Positions 1-13,249 of a stretch of 46,261 nt of DNA are shown piece after piece. Numbering within the stretch: the stretch's first letter is position 1; every line of letters starts with the position of its first letter. The notes under the pieces are model-generated. The model was not told the origin of the DNA. It saw only the letters and a list, made by a program, of their open reading frames with translations, and searched no databases. The translations under genes and the position numbers were made by a program. The stretch comes from Octopus bimaculoides (lineage: Eukaryota), in the NCBI RefSeq assembly GCF_001194135.2, contig NC_068995.1, forward strand, positions 25,790,516-25,836,776, given 5' to 3'.

Positions 1-225
1 TTAGCCATATTCGTTTTAAAGAATATGGCTAGGAACGAGGAAGATATGTTTGAATTTTTGGAAATAAGGCTCTAAATAGAGCTATTTCCGATTTGAAAAA
101 TATATGTTCACGAAGTATTTTGTGTTATACACAACTTATACAAAATTTTAAAACAAAATAGGTCTTTTAAGAGGTGAAAAATGCAACTTACATGGGAGCC
201 GATGTGTCTACCGTCCGTCCATGAT

Positions 226-289
<64 letters not shown>
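226..289. repeat. (GATA)16 microsatellite
   Basis: Directly visible. Confidence 0.98.
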
Positions 290-292
<3 letters not shown>

Positions 293-567
293 TGAGGGGT
301 TTAGTTCACTTATAATCTAAACGTAAAGGTACGCAGAGTAAGTGATCGTCCGTTAGATTCCAAGTTCACAGCTGAGGCGGGATCTAGGGATTCGTATTAG
401 GGTTTCGTTAAAGCAGATATATATTATATGAGAGGAAAACGCAAAACCAAAGCAGGACGAGTATCTCAAGTCATTTAGAGCAATTTATTTAGGGTAAGGT
501 GAATTTGAAGCCGTTTCTAATAACACCACCACTAATGTTAATTGTAATACGACCACTACCACCATCA

Positions 568-592
568 CTACTACTACTACTACTACTACTAC

Positions 593-642
<50 letters not shown>

Positions 643-653
643 GCAACAATAAT
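568..653. repeat. Compound (CTA)n/(ATA)n microsatellite next to a gap
   Basis: Directly visible; source of the poly-L/poly-I ORFs. Confidence 0.95.
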
Positions 654-729
654 NNNNNNNNNNCCTAATAACACCCTTCATTTTAATATCCCCATAAGTT
701 GTACTGCATCTTCCCTTTCTCCCAATACC

Positions 730-1090
730 CACGTAGGACAGATTGCTGCAACTGCAGATCCGCGATCGAATGGCCGTTGCAAGCTCAATGCAGGTCTTAA
801 TAGTATGCAAATGCACGGTTCACAACATATTGCATAATTCAACTAACTACTATATCGGGTCTTTTATTAATTTTAAACAGAGATCTTCTGCACATATATA
901 CTCATTTAAGTATGAGGAGCATAGCAAATCTACCTCCCTAGACAATCACATACACCATCTAATAAATAGGAAGATACCATATTTGATATCCTGAGCCATA
1001 ATAGATTCCAGGGTCCCATACTAAGGCCAGCGATCAACTTGTGGACTATTCCTAAAAGAAGCCCCCCAAATATAAATATAAATTCACCGC
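730..1090 (+). mobile_element. Penelope-like retroelement fragment (degenerate GIY-YIG endonuclease)
   Basis: Across frames: CCNCRSAIEWPLQAQC (CNC..CPL..C-like motif), YYIGSFINFKQRSSAHIYSFKYEEHSKSTSLDNHIHHL..IPYLISWAII. This matches the PLE pattern YIG...FK.R...H..SF....T.LS.HI..L....Y.I.W.I. Confidence 0.7.
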
Positions 1091-1220
1091 AATTACTAAA
1101 TACACAATACAAAGCTTTTTTCTATATGTTGCCATAGGTTCTATCGCACCTTCAAATTTTCCATACAACCAAATACAAACAAAATCATCACGCATAACAC
1201 ATTCATCCACGGTCCGTACA

Positions 1221-1282
<62 letters not shown>

Positions 1283-1422
1283 NNNNNNNNNNNNNNNNNN
1301 NNNNNNNNNNNNNNNNNNNNNNNNNNNNNNNNNNNNNNNNNNNNNNNNNNNNNNNNNNNNNNNNNNNNNNNNNNNNNNNNNNNNNNNNNNNNNNNNNNNN
1401 NNNNNNNNNNNNNNNNNNNNNN

Positions 1423-1467
<45 letters not shown>

Positions 1468-2039
1468 GTCTGTCTGTGTATGTGTATACACATTTTCTTT
1501 TTTCTTTTTCTTTTCCTTATTTTCTTTTACCTGTCTATCATCATAAATATCTTAGAAACTAGCTAGTTTCAATTTAACAATTTTTAGGTTTTCTAGTTTT
1601 TAGGTTTTAGTTTTCTTTGTTTGTAATTTAAGTTTTAAGTTTGTTTGTAGTTTAGGTTTTAAGTTTTAATCTTTAATTTAACTTTAATTCTTAATCCTTT
1701 ATCTCATATCATTTAATTGTTATTTAGCTTGAAATATAATTCTAAATCTCTGCACTAAATTATTGTCCTTTATGACCTTACCTAGATTGGCCCTCCGCCC
1801 CCACTTTACTGAAACTTTAACGTTTGATCTCTCACTCTGATACAATACTGACATATCTCTATCATTACCTTTATTTTTATTTTATTTTTTATTTTTATTT
1901 CATATTTTTATTCTTATTTTTACCCTTTTATACATACCTTATTTTTATTCCTTTCTTCTCTCCTCTCTTTCTCCTCTCTCTCCCATATACACCTCACAAA
2001 ATCCATTTATGTCTATCTCACTTTCTCGCTCTTTATACA

Positions 2040-2420
2040 TATTTTCACACTATCTATGGCTTCAATATGAATACATCATTCAAAATACTGCCAAAATACT
2101 GCTTAGATTTACCTGGGATTTTAACTGAGGACCTGTACCTTCATGGAAGTACTGACCAACATCCATATCCTCTGGAAAAAAATGGGTTGCGAACATTATT
2201 TTCCCGCCTATATTCTATATTTACTCTTTATTCTTCTATTTACTCCTTTATTCTTCTATTTTATTCCTTATAAACTGTGAATATATTTTATACCTTGTAA
2301 ACTAAATTTTCCGTCTAAAATATTCATATTTTGTCTCTGATGATGGAATGCCTCAGTACGTGGACATGCTAACCTACCACTAGAAACGGCAGTAGTACTT
2401 CAAATTCACCTTGGTCTAAT
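2040..2420 (+). mobile_element. Probable Penelope-type terminal (pseudo-LTR) fragment with hammerhead-like core
   Basis: Shares ttgtctc(t/c)gatga(t/c)ggaat...agaaac and an upstream TIxGF-coding stretch with 5270-5525; contains CTGATGA...GAAAC. Family assignment is inference. Confidence 0.5.
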
Positions 2421-2937
2421 TAAATTTTTATAAATGATTTGAAATACTCGTTCTGCCTTGGTTTTTGTTTAGAGCGTCAAACTAATACATCTGCTTGTTC
2501 TCCCGTCACCTGTTTTCGTCTTCCGTTTTCTGTAAATTCGGGCTATACTATATATATATATATATATATNNNNNNNNNNNNNNNNNNNNNNNNNNNNNNN
2601 NNNNNNNNNNNNNNNNNNNNNNNNNNNNNNNNNNNNNNNNNNNNNNNNNNNNNNNNNNNNNNNNNNNNNNNNNNNNNNNNNNNNNNNNNNNNNNNNNNNN
2701 NNNNNNNNNNNNNNNNNNNNNNNNNNNNNNNNNNNNNNNNNNNNNNNNNNNNNNNNNNNNNNNNNNNNNNNNNNNNNNNNNNNNNNNNNNNNNNNNNNNN
2801 NNNNNNNNNNNNNNNNNNNNNNNNNNNNNNNNNNNNNNNNNNNNNNNNNNNNNNNNNNNNNNNNNNNNNNNNNNNNNNNNNNNNNNNNNNNNNNNNNNNN
2901 NNNNNNNNNNNNNNNNNNNNNNNNNNNNNNNNNNNNN

Positions 2938-2964
<27 letters not shown>

Positions 2965-2968
<4 letters not shown>

Positions 2969-3125
2969 ATGAAGAGGTCACAGATGTGTGATGAAAGATT
3001 TCCTGACAATGTACGGGCGTTAAAATAATAAAATAACAGTAATAAACGACTGAAGAAAAAATATACAGTGCGTGTGTTTATTTGGCAAAAAAATGATAAT
3101 AAATAGAATGACCATCCCGAAATAC
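2965..3125 (+). repeat. Dispersed repeat, copy 1 (copy 2 at about 34715-34860)
   Basis: Both copies share gaagagg.cacaga, gaaagatttcc, aataaacga.tgaagaa, atata.agtgcgtgtgtttattt.gcaaaaaaa and atgaccatcc.gaaata. Family unknown. Confidence 0.7.
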
Positions 3126-5087
3126 AATTTAATCGAGGCGAGCTTCGTACTTTTATTGCTACTCCTATAATAATTGGTAGGAAACTTTTCCTTTTGGTTA
3201 CCGGTTTTGCATCGTCTTCAAATTCTACAGCTGTACGAGTTGTATTTCGGTTGTTGCGGATTTTAAGTCTACCAATGTTTTTTTTTAATTCCTCAGTCCC
3301 ATTACCCTTTATTTTTTGTTGTCTCTATTTGCTTTTTGGTTGTGTTTTTTTTCTCTCTCTTTTCTTGATTGTTCTGTATTTCTAGAGGACCATTTTTGTT
3401 TGCAACAAATAACTTCAGTTTTTGTTTGTAAAGTTCATCTTAGTTGCGAGCTGATACTGTTTGTCACTTGTTTAGGAGGTACTTAATTAGGATGACTAGG
3501 TCCGTGATACCGTTAAGGTAGCTATGAAGGTGAGAAATTATAAACTTGTCAGTATATAAATGTGGCTTATTCCTTCTACGGTCTGTTTTTTTATTCAAAA
3601 GACGCATATATATTCCTCCTATGACTACTGTCTTTGTGAAGTCTTTTGGCTATTGTACTAGAAAGAGATCAATGTCAGTTTTCACTTCATATTTTCGGTC
3701 AAATTCATTAGTTTTTAATCATATTTTCTTTTTCTTTTCTCTTTTTTTTATGTTCATAAACTTGAGACAGTTATTGAACTATTTCTCTGCTGGAAATGTA
3801 TCAGCGTTATATTTCTCATTATAAATTATGTTAATAGAGGTTTAAGCCTACGATAGCCTTCTTGTGTTGGAAAATATATTTTCAATATAATCCCAACAAC
3901 ACGTTTAACATTTCTATCTTTATGATCTTGTAGTGACCAATTCAGGAGCCCAAATATACGTGTCAGGTTGAACACTACAAAGTTATTTTCATCAATATGT
4001 TTGATATCGGTTAAGATTTCAGATGACCCTGTTTTCTTCACTGATGTATTCATTTCTTGCTCCTCTCTTATTAATTCGTTCATCATACATGATTTTCTCA
4101 CCTTTCTCTGGCTGTTCATTTTTATGATTTTGGTCAGGACATATTTTTTTGTCAACAGAGAAACAGCGAGAGATTCGGAGTTTCCATTTGTGTAAACACT
4201 ATGTTTTGCCAACATGTGTGATAACGAGCTTAGAGGGAGCTGTGCTGAAATGTTGTTGCTCTGTTGGATGCCTTTTAAACAGTGTATAATGTTATATATA
4301 ATTAATTTCCTCTTCCTCTTAGGTTATGTGCTAAATTTGATTTACTGTTATAAAGCGGTTATCATATGCTATGGAACTTTAATTGTAATGCTTTATGAAT
4401 CTACTTCGGTGACAAAGTAATGGCAGGAATTCCTACTAGATATAACAGACAACTCCACTCAGATAGTATACTATAGTCACTAAAAAGGAAGGATCAAAAG
4501 ATATATCAGGTTCTACGATTGAAATACTTTTAATATTAGAGCTACTCATTCCGAACGCACCTGGGCATAAACAATAACAACTCTCAAAAAAGTTTTCTGA
4601 TAGTCGAGTTAACTAAGAACCAAAGTCATGTGTTCGTAACTGCCTCCTCTGATCGCATTTTCTTAATTAGCAGTTTCTTTATGTAGCCCAATAATCCGTT
4701 TCCACGAGCTTGATGGTGTACTGTTTTTTCCAACAAACATTGCGACACTAATTCTATAAATTATACATTGTGTTTTGGCTAGGTATTAAGCGTTAATTTT
4801 TAACCTGGGTAGTTTGAATAGTTTTGGGGATGCGAAGAGATCTTACTTGCTAAATTTATCATACAGTTCTACCGATTACATTGGGGCTATTTTTCAAAAT
4901 GCCTCAGCTCCGGCGCGCAAAATTCCGGAAAACAATTCAGCAGAGAATAATTCACTGCAGTATATGTTGCCGGCTGGAGTACATAACTATTTAAATTATT
5001 ATTTATATTTCTTTGTGGTTGGGTCGTTGATGACCTCTTTCTAGCATATTGGATGTCCACCTAATGGTCATCCCTTATACACGTGTA

Positions 5088-5125
<38 letters not shown>

Positions 5126-5464
5126 NNNNNNNNNNNNNNNNNNNNNNNNNNNNNNNNNNNNNNNNNNNNNNNNNTATATATATCTTAAACACATCCAGTT
5201 AAAAATTATCTTTTTGTCTATTTTTCTTCTCTTTATCCGCTACCATTCTCTTACGAAACTTCGATACGTTCGCGTTTATCTATGGATATTTACACTATTA
5301 AGGCTATAACCATACATGGATTTACACAGGATTGCACCTAAGTACTTATGGACTAACATCTACACTATCGGAAAGTTGAACTGTGAACTTCTATGCTTCC
5401 TTTTTCTTTTTCTTCATTTCTTTATTCATTTTCTCCTGTCCTCTATGTCATTGTTTCCGTATTT

Positions 5465-5520
5465 GTCTCCGATGACGGAATATCCCATATATTGGGATAT
5501 CCCAGAAACAGCTGTAAGAC
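5465..5520 (+). ncRNA. Putative minimal type I hammerhead ribozyme (degenerate, retroelement-associated)
   Basis: Stem I GTCT/AGAC; core CCGATGA (U4C versus consensus); stem II hairpin with 10 of 12 positions paired; GAAA; palindromic stem III ACAGCTGT; GUA cleavage triplet. Confidence 0.55.
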
Positions 5521-6082
5521 TTTGAATTTTTTCTATAATAATAACGTATATATGACTTGAGATGTTTGTTTTGCCTTAACGTTTGTTGTCCTCTTTAACA
5601 ATTATATGGATATAGATATATGTATGCATGTATGTACGTACGTGTGTGTGTGTGTGTGTGTGAGTGTGTGTGTGTATGTGTACGAATGTATGTATTTAGA
5701 CGAGACGCAAGCCCGTCGCTGGATTACTCATTTTTGCCAGCTGAATGAACTGAACCAACATGAAGAGCAGTGNNNNNNNNNNNNNNNNNNNNNNNNNNNN
5801 NNNNNNNNNNNNNNNNNNNNNNNNNNNNNNNNNNNNNNNNNNNNNNNNNNNNNNNNNNNNNNNNNNNNNNNNNNNNNNNNNNNNNNNNNNNNNNNNNNNN
5901 NNNNNNNNNNNNNNNNNNNNNNNNNNNNNNNNNNNNNNNNNNNNNNNNNNNNNNNNNNNNNNNNNNNNNNNNNNNNNNNNNNNNNNNNNNNNNNNNNNNN
6001 NNNNNNNNNNNNNNNNNNNNNNNNNNNNNNNNNNNNNNNNNNNNNNNNNNNNNNNNNNNNNNNNNNNNNNNNNNNNNNNNNN

Positions 6083-6126
<44 letters not shown>

Positions 6127-6187
6127 ACACACACACATACATACATATATACGTACAAACATACATGTATATGTGTGTGTGTATTTC

Positions 6188-6310
6188 TAAAGGGTAAAGA
6201 CCCTCTTCGGTCATGAATGGCCATGGGATTGCATCTAGAAAATTACCCTCCGAAGCATAAGTCCGGGCAAGGTTGTTTATGGAAGACCAGCAGTGGCCCA
6301 CGCATACCAG

Positions 6311-6366
<56 letters not shown>

Positions 6367-6571
6367 CTCACCGATGTTTTCTATGGGAAACGCGAAGACC
6401 GATACAGCTTGGCACCAGTGACATCACAACGCATTTCTACGGCTGAGCAAACTGGATCAGCATGAAATAAAGTGTCTTGCCCAGGAACACAACACACAGC
6501 GCGGTCCGGGAATCGAACTCACTACCTCATGACTGTGAGCCCAATGCTCTAACAACTGAGCCATGCGCCTT
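6188..6571 (-). mobile_element. tRNA-derived SINE with internal (GA)n expansion
   Basis: Minus strand has A-box TGGCTCAGTTG, B-box GAGTTCGATTCC, then core tgtgttcctgggcaagacacttta; (CT)n on + at about 6312-6364. Confidence 0.85.
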
Positions 6572-6789
6572 CGCATTGTATTTATGTATAAACGTATATA
6601 CTACATATGTTAATAACACCTAGAAGTTGCCTTTTCCACTCACCAAAGTGAATGAAGCTTTGGCCAGAAAGAACAGTTGTCATCAGACGGTATCCAACAT
6701 CCATTGGATGATTTGACCCTGAACCGTAACGCCCTCCCATTTGTAGGTCATGATAGGTGGCCGAATCACTGCTCCTCATCTCCTGACTT

Positions 6790-7510
6790 TAACCTTAACT
6801 CCTTTGTCTTGCTCCAAAGCCAACAAGAAGCTCTTTCAGCTGCCTCTCCCATCCTGCGCACAACCACCCTTCGCGCCTTATCTCTCATCCCAATGGCTGT
6901 AAGCATCCTCCGTGCCGACTGAACAGGGAACCCCCTACAGTCAACCTTGACTATGAAAAGCCATAACTAGCAGCCCTTCTTCCTGCAATCCTGCAGAAAG
7001 TTCTGATATTTGGCATGCTTCAATTCATAAGGCTCATCACACACCCCCTCTTCCCGCGAGACTGTGAGCTCGATTAAGATCATTTTCTTGGCCTTTTCAG
7101 ACTACAGAACCACATCTGGCCTCAGGGGTGTATGGACAACCTGAGGAAACCGTAGTCTTTCCTCCAAGTTTACTTTCATATCCCACGATTGGGATCCACG
7201 CAGCAAGCTGTGTCCTTTTTGATGACTTTACTGGCTTTTCTACCTCCTTCACGAACTTAATTGCTACTGTTGCCTTCCTCTGATGATGATGGATGATGTT
7301 TCTTGAGCCTTTCCTACTCAGGGAAAATGTTGGAAGCACCCTATCATGGTACCACTTTGTCTTCAGAAAATGTGTGCCCGTATACCTCCTTGACAAGATG
7401 CGTGCCAGTGTGCCTCTTACTCCACAAAGACTACACAGCTGGTTTCCCCCAAACCCTATTTGAGCAGGTTTGTTGGCGTCGGGAGTGTACCAGACACCGC
7501 TCACAGCAGG
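6790..7510 (-). mobile_element. HERO-like (R2 group, RLE) LINE, 3' fragment, pseudogenised
   Basis: CSLCGVRGTLARILS (decayed CCHC), KWYHDRVL, LRPDVVL*SEKAKKMILIELTV (RLE PD..E motif), CRGFP..S..RMLTAIG and MGEAAERASCWLW. Confidence 0.8.
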
Positions 7511-8748
7511 AAGGGGATGCGGAAAGGTTTCGGTCTCCTTTAAGTTAACTATCTCAATTTATGCTGTTGGACACCTGAGTTATTTTTCTACCTTTTCTTC
7601 TTTAATAATTCGAATTACCTTTGGCGAATTTTTACCTAAGTCTTTTTCTATATTTAACAATGTAATTTCTACAACAAAGATCATAGTATCCTATATGTAA
7701 TATGTAAATAAATTTGGAAAATTTACACCAAGTTCTTTTGAAACCGCCTCATTTTCTCCTTGAAAATTGCTGACAGTTATCACCTTGGTATTTACTCTTT
7801 CTCTTAATTGGATGTTTCAAATTCAAATTATCCCAAGATAGACTTCTGATTCTTGGATGAACGCATTTCCTGCGAACTACGTCCCAAATACTTTATCAGT
7901 GACGAATATTTCATAACTTCTCAAATAATTCTACCCAGAAGAATTATTAAGACCTTTTTTTATATTCTTGAATACCAATACGTTTATAAACATAAGACTG
8001 TAACTAATTAATCTACTTTCGTGATTTTCATTCGTAACACGTCTACAGAATTTCAGAATACTCTGTAAATGAGAAAACTCATATCTACATAAGAACTTTT
8101 TATAACGTATTTAATTTCATATGTCAAATTTATATAAGGAAAATTAAGATTGCTTGACAGTAAAGAGAACAAAATGACAGTCTTCCTAAAGTTCGACTAC
8201 GTATTCAGTCACTGGCTTTTGGTTTATGTCGATAATCTTTTTTCCATATGCTCCATGTCTATAACCGTCAACAATAATGAACTTATACCACATCTCTTCA
8301 ACATTGATATGCCCTTGGACGTGTTTGTTGATGTTCCAGGTCACAACGATACGTAAGCGTAGCTTATATATAAATGCCCCCGAGGACTCTTTCCTTTACA
8401 CTTATTCGTACATCGTCATTTATTTGACAATATACGTTTGATCAAAACCAAAAGCAAATTTGGCCTATCCGATCTTAAACTAACTTTTTCTACGTGTTTT
8501 CCTGTTTGATGTTAATTTAAGCATTCTTAATAATGCGCATAGATAGAGCCCACGCTTGGACACGAAGTCAAACAAAAACGAACGCTTCCCAGTGTATCAT
8601 TTCTCGATTCCTTTTTTATTAAACTTCAACTCCATTGCTTTTATGAATTGTGACAATACGTGATGTGTAGTGGCCTTGAAAATAAAAGTTTAGCAAACTG
8701 GAAATAGAGCATGTATTTTTTACTTCGTTTCTTTTTTCTCCATTTCAG

Positions 8749-8903
8749 GCATTAAAGTTCGCTTAGCAGATGGACCAAATGAATCTTCTGGTCGTGTAGA
8801 AGTGAGCAGTGACGGTGTGGAATGGGGAACAGTTTGTGATGATCTATGGGACAAAGATGATGCTGATGTGGTGTGTCGAACTTTGGGTTATATCTGGGGA
8901 AAC
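8749..8903 (+). CDS. SRCR domain 1, N-terminal half (exon, phase 1-0)
   Basis: Acceptor ttttttctccatttcAG, donor GTAAGT at 8904. Translates [51 protein letters not shown]. Confidence 0.95.
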
Positions 8904-9669
8904 GTAAGTACATACGCTATAATCCAATATAAACCTCCTTTCAATTTCTTGTGCAATTATTTGACAATTATTATTAACACTGCTTTAAAAATACTCGTGA
9001 TGAAGAATATCTTTATCCATCTGTACATGTATTGTTAATTATGTTATAGCAGAATTTATATATAATTCTGTTAATGTTGAATAGTTTGGTGTATATACGT
9101 GTGAGTTTTTTAATGTATGAACCTATGTATATGTAACCTTTCTCTCCTTCTTACATTTAAATCTTCAATTTCCTTCAAAACAGTTTAATTTTAAAACTAA
9201 GCCCACTAGATCTTCATTCTTCTCACAAGAAAATTTCTGCAGATTACGTTCTAACCAGAATTCTCATTTTTCTATCGAATATAATTCAAATTCGTTTTAT
9301 GATTTTAAACCAATTCGACTTCGTAGTTCATTTTGATAAATACAGGACAAAACCAATAATTTGGTAGATACTTTTCAACTTATATACCCATTCTATTAGC
9401 ATTCGTTGTCTTATTTTTACCCCTCCATTTCTCATTCTCCACATCATTTAACATCTAACTTCTGTTTTCCCTATACATGCTTAATTATATATAAGCATGT
9501 TTTCAGAATACCTTAAAGCAAATTTAAGATAGAAATAAAGCTATTACAGATAGTATATAATTTATTCGCACTGCTTTAAGAGATGTGCATATTAGTTTAT
9601 AACAGCTCATTAAGTTTTCTGTGTGAATGCAGCCTGTAATAAACTGTATTAACGCTTATACATAGATGC

Positions 9670-9702
<33 letters not shown>

Positions 9703-10324
9703 TGTATGTATTACATGCATTCATACAGGCACACATATATGTGGTTTAGTAATCAATCATACAAACGAATTCACCTAAGTTCGAGCTTTATATAAGAATG
9801 ATAGCCGTACGTTCGTCAGATCTTCAGATGTGTACATTTACAATCTTTAGATGAACACTGCAAAGATGGTTACAAAGGATGTGTATTTTGCATACAAAAC
9901 CTTTATGGGAAGGTAAACTTCAAAAGAAACTTCTAAAAAAAATGCCGTTATTATGTGGTAATACTTTAGGGGTAGTAATTCAGGCTTGAGAACCGAGGAG
10001 GTATGCCCTTAGTAAAAGAAAAGATAAGAACACGTGTAGAGACATAGAGAAGCGGAAAACTAGATATGAAAAGAAAGAGGGAGAAAAAGACAATAAGGAA
10101 GGAATGGGAAAAATGAAGAGGGAGAGGGAGAGGGATAGAAATAGAGAGAGAAGAGAGAGAGAGGGAGAAACGTACAATCAGCAAAAAAACGGATAAAGAG
10201 AAGCGTATGTATGTATGTCTCTTCAATTTTTTTATTATTATAAATCTTCCACTGAGAAGGGAACTGATTTCCGACAAGGAGACAAGGCTCTATCTTTGGG
10301 AAGTAGTTAACACAGACAAATTCA

Positions 10325-12100
10325 CTTTTGGAACTTGAGAAAAGTCTTGCACGTTTTTACTGTTTCACTCACAGATTGGACTAGTAATGTACTAATCAGC
10401 CGGTCAATTTCTCTCCTGAAAATCCCAGTTTATCCAGATTCTCCTTTAAGCATTTTCTAACAAAATCTAGTGCTCCAATTATTATTGATATGAATATGAA
10501 TTCAAAGTCTGGATATAGAATCCTGAGGTATCGAAGCAGTTCTCCAAAGATATCCACTTTTTTTTTTTTTTGATTTTCAAAGAAATATTTATATCTGCAG
10601 GGCAGCTATGACGGTACGTATCTTTGTGCCTCGGTCCCAAACAACAACACCTGGCCTGTTGTGCTTACATTTGACAGAAATTTTGATGGGAATATTCCAC
10701 TAGTATTCCTTGAGTTGGTATTTATGAATGTATTCCAAAGCAGGGATTTTCTAAGTTTATTTCAAGACAGTCTTTTTTGCTGGTGGTATTGTAAATTGTT
10801 TTAGAGATAACATCGTGCCGCATAGAGAGATAGTAACCGTGATGACATTTTAGGACTGCTGCTAATCACATGAGTAATGACTTCCACAGAAACATGACAT
10901 AGCCTATACATGCTGTTGAACCTTGGAATTACACGAGCATCACTGTCTCTCTTGTTTACCAGGTACTCTGTGGCAATCTCCTGTTCCTGGATTGCAAACG
11001 TATAGCCTTCAAAGTGTGATGTGATGTAGTGGCCATGTATCCAAGAGAGGCTGCGCTTCGTGTTAATTTTACTATCTCCTTCAAGCTTCCGAGCAACATA
11101 TAAATACATGACCGTTTTTTGTATGCTGAGTGCTTTCCATCCATGTCATCTTTGAGATAAGAGAGCCCAGCTGTTTTGGGGCTGTATAGGAGATCATCAG
11201 GAAGAGAGTGTTTCTTGAGGAGTTCACTGCCAACTCTTAAAATGTTGCTCACTTTTCAGGACTGCATTAATATATTTATTTTGGCTGCTGTTGTTTAGCA
11301 AGTGCTACCTGAATGATACCATACGGGATTCGAAGACGGTCTGCACTGATCTCAGGCCTCTACCACCTTCATTTCTTCTTAGGTAGAGCATGTCAACATC
11401 ACTGTTTCTGTGGAAGTTCCCAGTTATTGTCAGGNNNNNNNNNNGCATGTCAACATCACTGTTTCTGTGGAAGTTCCCAGTTATTGTCAGGATTTTGCGG
11501 GTTTTGATATCTATGGAGTGGATTTCCTCTATAGACCAATCGAGTGTCTCAAATGTTAAGATCAGTACTGGCACTACAGATGCATTGTGGGATATTGTTT
11601 TGTTGTAAGAAGAGAGTTCCGACAGCTATATTTTCCTAAGTCTGGTGTAATATTCTCGGGTCACTCTATCTTTATTCATATGATACATTTCTGTCTATGC
11701 CCAGGTGCTTGTAACATTCTTTGTGTGGAATGGGGCAGATAGAGAGACCGTTGATGCACAGGTTTTGGGTTTGGGGGACTGACCTGACTTTCCTCATTCT
11801 ATCACTAAATATGAACATTTCTCTTGGCCTTATTCCATGCTTATATCAGCTGAAAATGTTATTAATTCCAGTTGTTTTTTTTTTTTATTTTGGCATTGTT
11901 AACACTTTTAGCATAAATCTTCAAGTCGTCTACAAAGAAATTATGAGCTACATTGATATTTCTAGCAGTTGAAGATCCTAGCATGTAACCATTTATTTTC
12001 TGCAGTAGAAACGATTATGGATTCAGTACGAAAATGAAAAGTACAGAAAGACTATCTCCCTGGAATATTCCTTTTGTAATGCTTATACTATTAGAAACAA
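10325..12100 (-). mobile_element. R4/Dong-clade RLE LINE, 5'-truncated (late RT to RLE), degenerate
   Basis: KGIFQGDSLSV, FVDDLKIY, LYLRRNEGGRGL, AIQEQEIAT, RLCHVSVEVITHVIS, WWNIPI...KHNRP, IIIGALDFV. Confidence 0.82.
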
Positions 12101-12951
12101 TTATTCGTTCTCAGTTGTAAGGGTAATAATAGTCGTGCACGTCTTCCTATGTATGTATGTATGTATGTATGTATGTATGTATGTATGTATTAGGTGGTGA
12201 GCAAAACAAAGAAGACAAAGTGAGGGACAATTTTTAACAAAGGTGTTATTAATATAATGCCTGAAAAGAAGGGAGCGTTTTTGACATTTCGAACACAAGT
12301 CCGGTTTCGTATAACTGAGATGAGACAGAAACAGTATTAATACCCGAAGCCATCTTTATATCCAAATTAACGTGGATGCTTTGTTAGAAGGCAGAATACT
12401 GCGATATTCGCCTTAGACGACCTCTCATAAAGGCGTATGTTGAATAAAAGCACACACAAGTTGGTACATGAGAATTATCTGCTATGGACACCAGAACTGC
12501 CAGATTTCGTCATACTGCGTATCTTCAGGACGGCTGTCCGATCGCTACATACCGGCCAAATCTCACTGTCAATGATGTACAGAATTACAGTGACTTTTCA
12601 GGCACTGATACCTCAAATAGCCAGCAGGCTTATTAAAAATTAATTATTAGCGATGTATAAAATAATATAGACTAATTTTTAATTGACAGAAAGCTTCAAA
12701 TGTGACCCAAGGGCCGAGAGTTTCATGCAAGCTATTTATAAAAAAAAATGATATCAAATATGGTATGTTCTTTTTAATATAGAATGGATTAAAATTATTT
12801 CTGGAAAGTGGAATGTTCGATAAAACTTTTTTAATTGAAGTGCTACGCGTATTCTGCCCCTTAAACAGACAGAATTCTCGGCAGGATAAAATGGCGTGTG
12901 CAAACATACAAATATATTTGTATATTCATACACACAAGTATGTATTCTATT

Positions 12952-12991
<40 letters not shown>

Positions 12992-13249
12992 CATGCACAT
13001 TCATACATTTATACATATGCATATATATACATACACACACATACACACTCTCACACACACACACATATATATTTCTGAGTCTGTTGATATCTGTTTTGAG
13101 AGGGAGAGCTCGTCCATTTTTTTTTTTTTTTTTGTGGAAGTGTCCCGTTTCGCTCGAATGATGGGTCCAAAGGATTGAAAGAGGAAACTACTCGGAATGT
13201 ACTAAAGACCACGAGGTCAGAACGAACACCAGGCTTCTAATTTATCTGT

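Noticed and set aside
1575-1680. TTTAGG/TTTAAG-like units resembling telomeric repeats
   Set aside because: Irregular T-rich low-complexity DNA with no sustained TTAGGG array.
489-6367. Many long ORFs in the track (poly-I, YI, CV, TH, X runs), also at 16.1-16.5, 23.1-23.9, 31.9-32.4, 39.0-39.2 and 44.5-45.5 kb
   Set aside because: Open only because of microsatellites or N gaps; not genes.
6500-6571. tRNA-like sequence (also at about 42750-42806 and 46090-46133)
   Set aside because: A and B boxes are present but continue into SINE cores without an acceptor stem; these are SINE heads, not tRNA genes.
7560-8700. Unexplained AT-rich segment with minus-strand LRIVVTWNIN, like a LINE endonuclease start
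   Set aside because: No downstream E, GV, GDFN or SDH motifs found in order; left unassigned pending TBLASTX against a repeat library.
1-8748. Search for upstream exons or a signal peptide of the SRCR gene
   Set aside because: No convincing phase 1 donor exon found; it may be in gaps or upstream of the window.
11388-11491. Exact duplication of about 47 bp on either side of a short N run within the R4-like LINE
   Set aside because: Identical sequence flanking a tiny gap is the signature of unmerged overlapping contig ends, so probably an assembly artefact.
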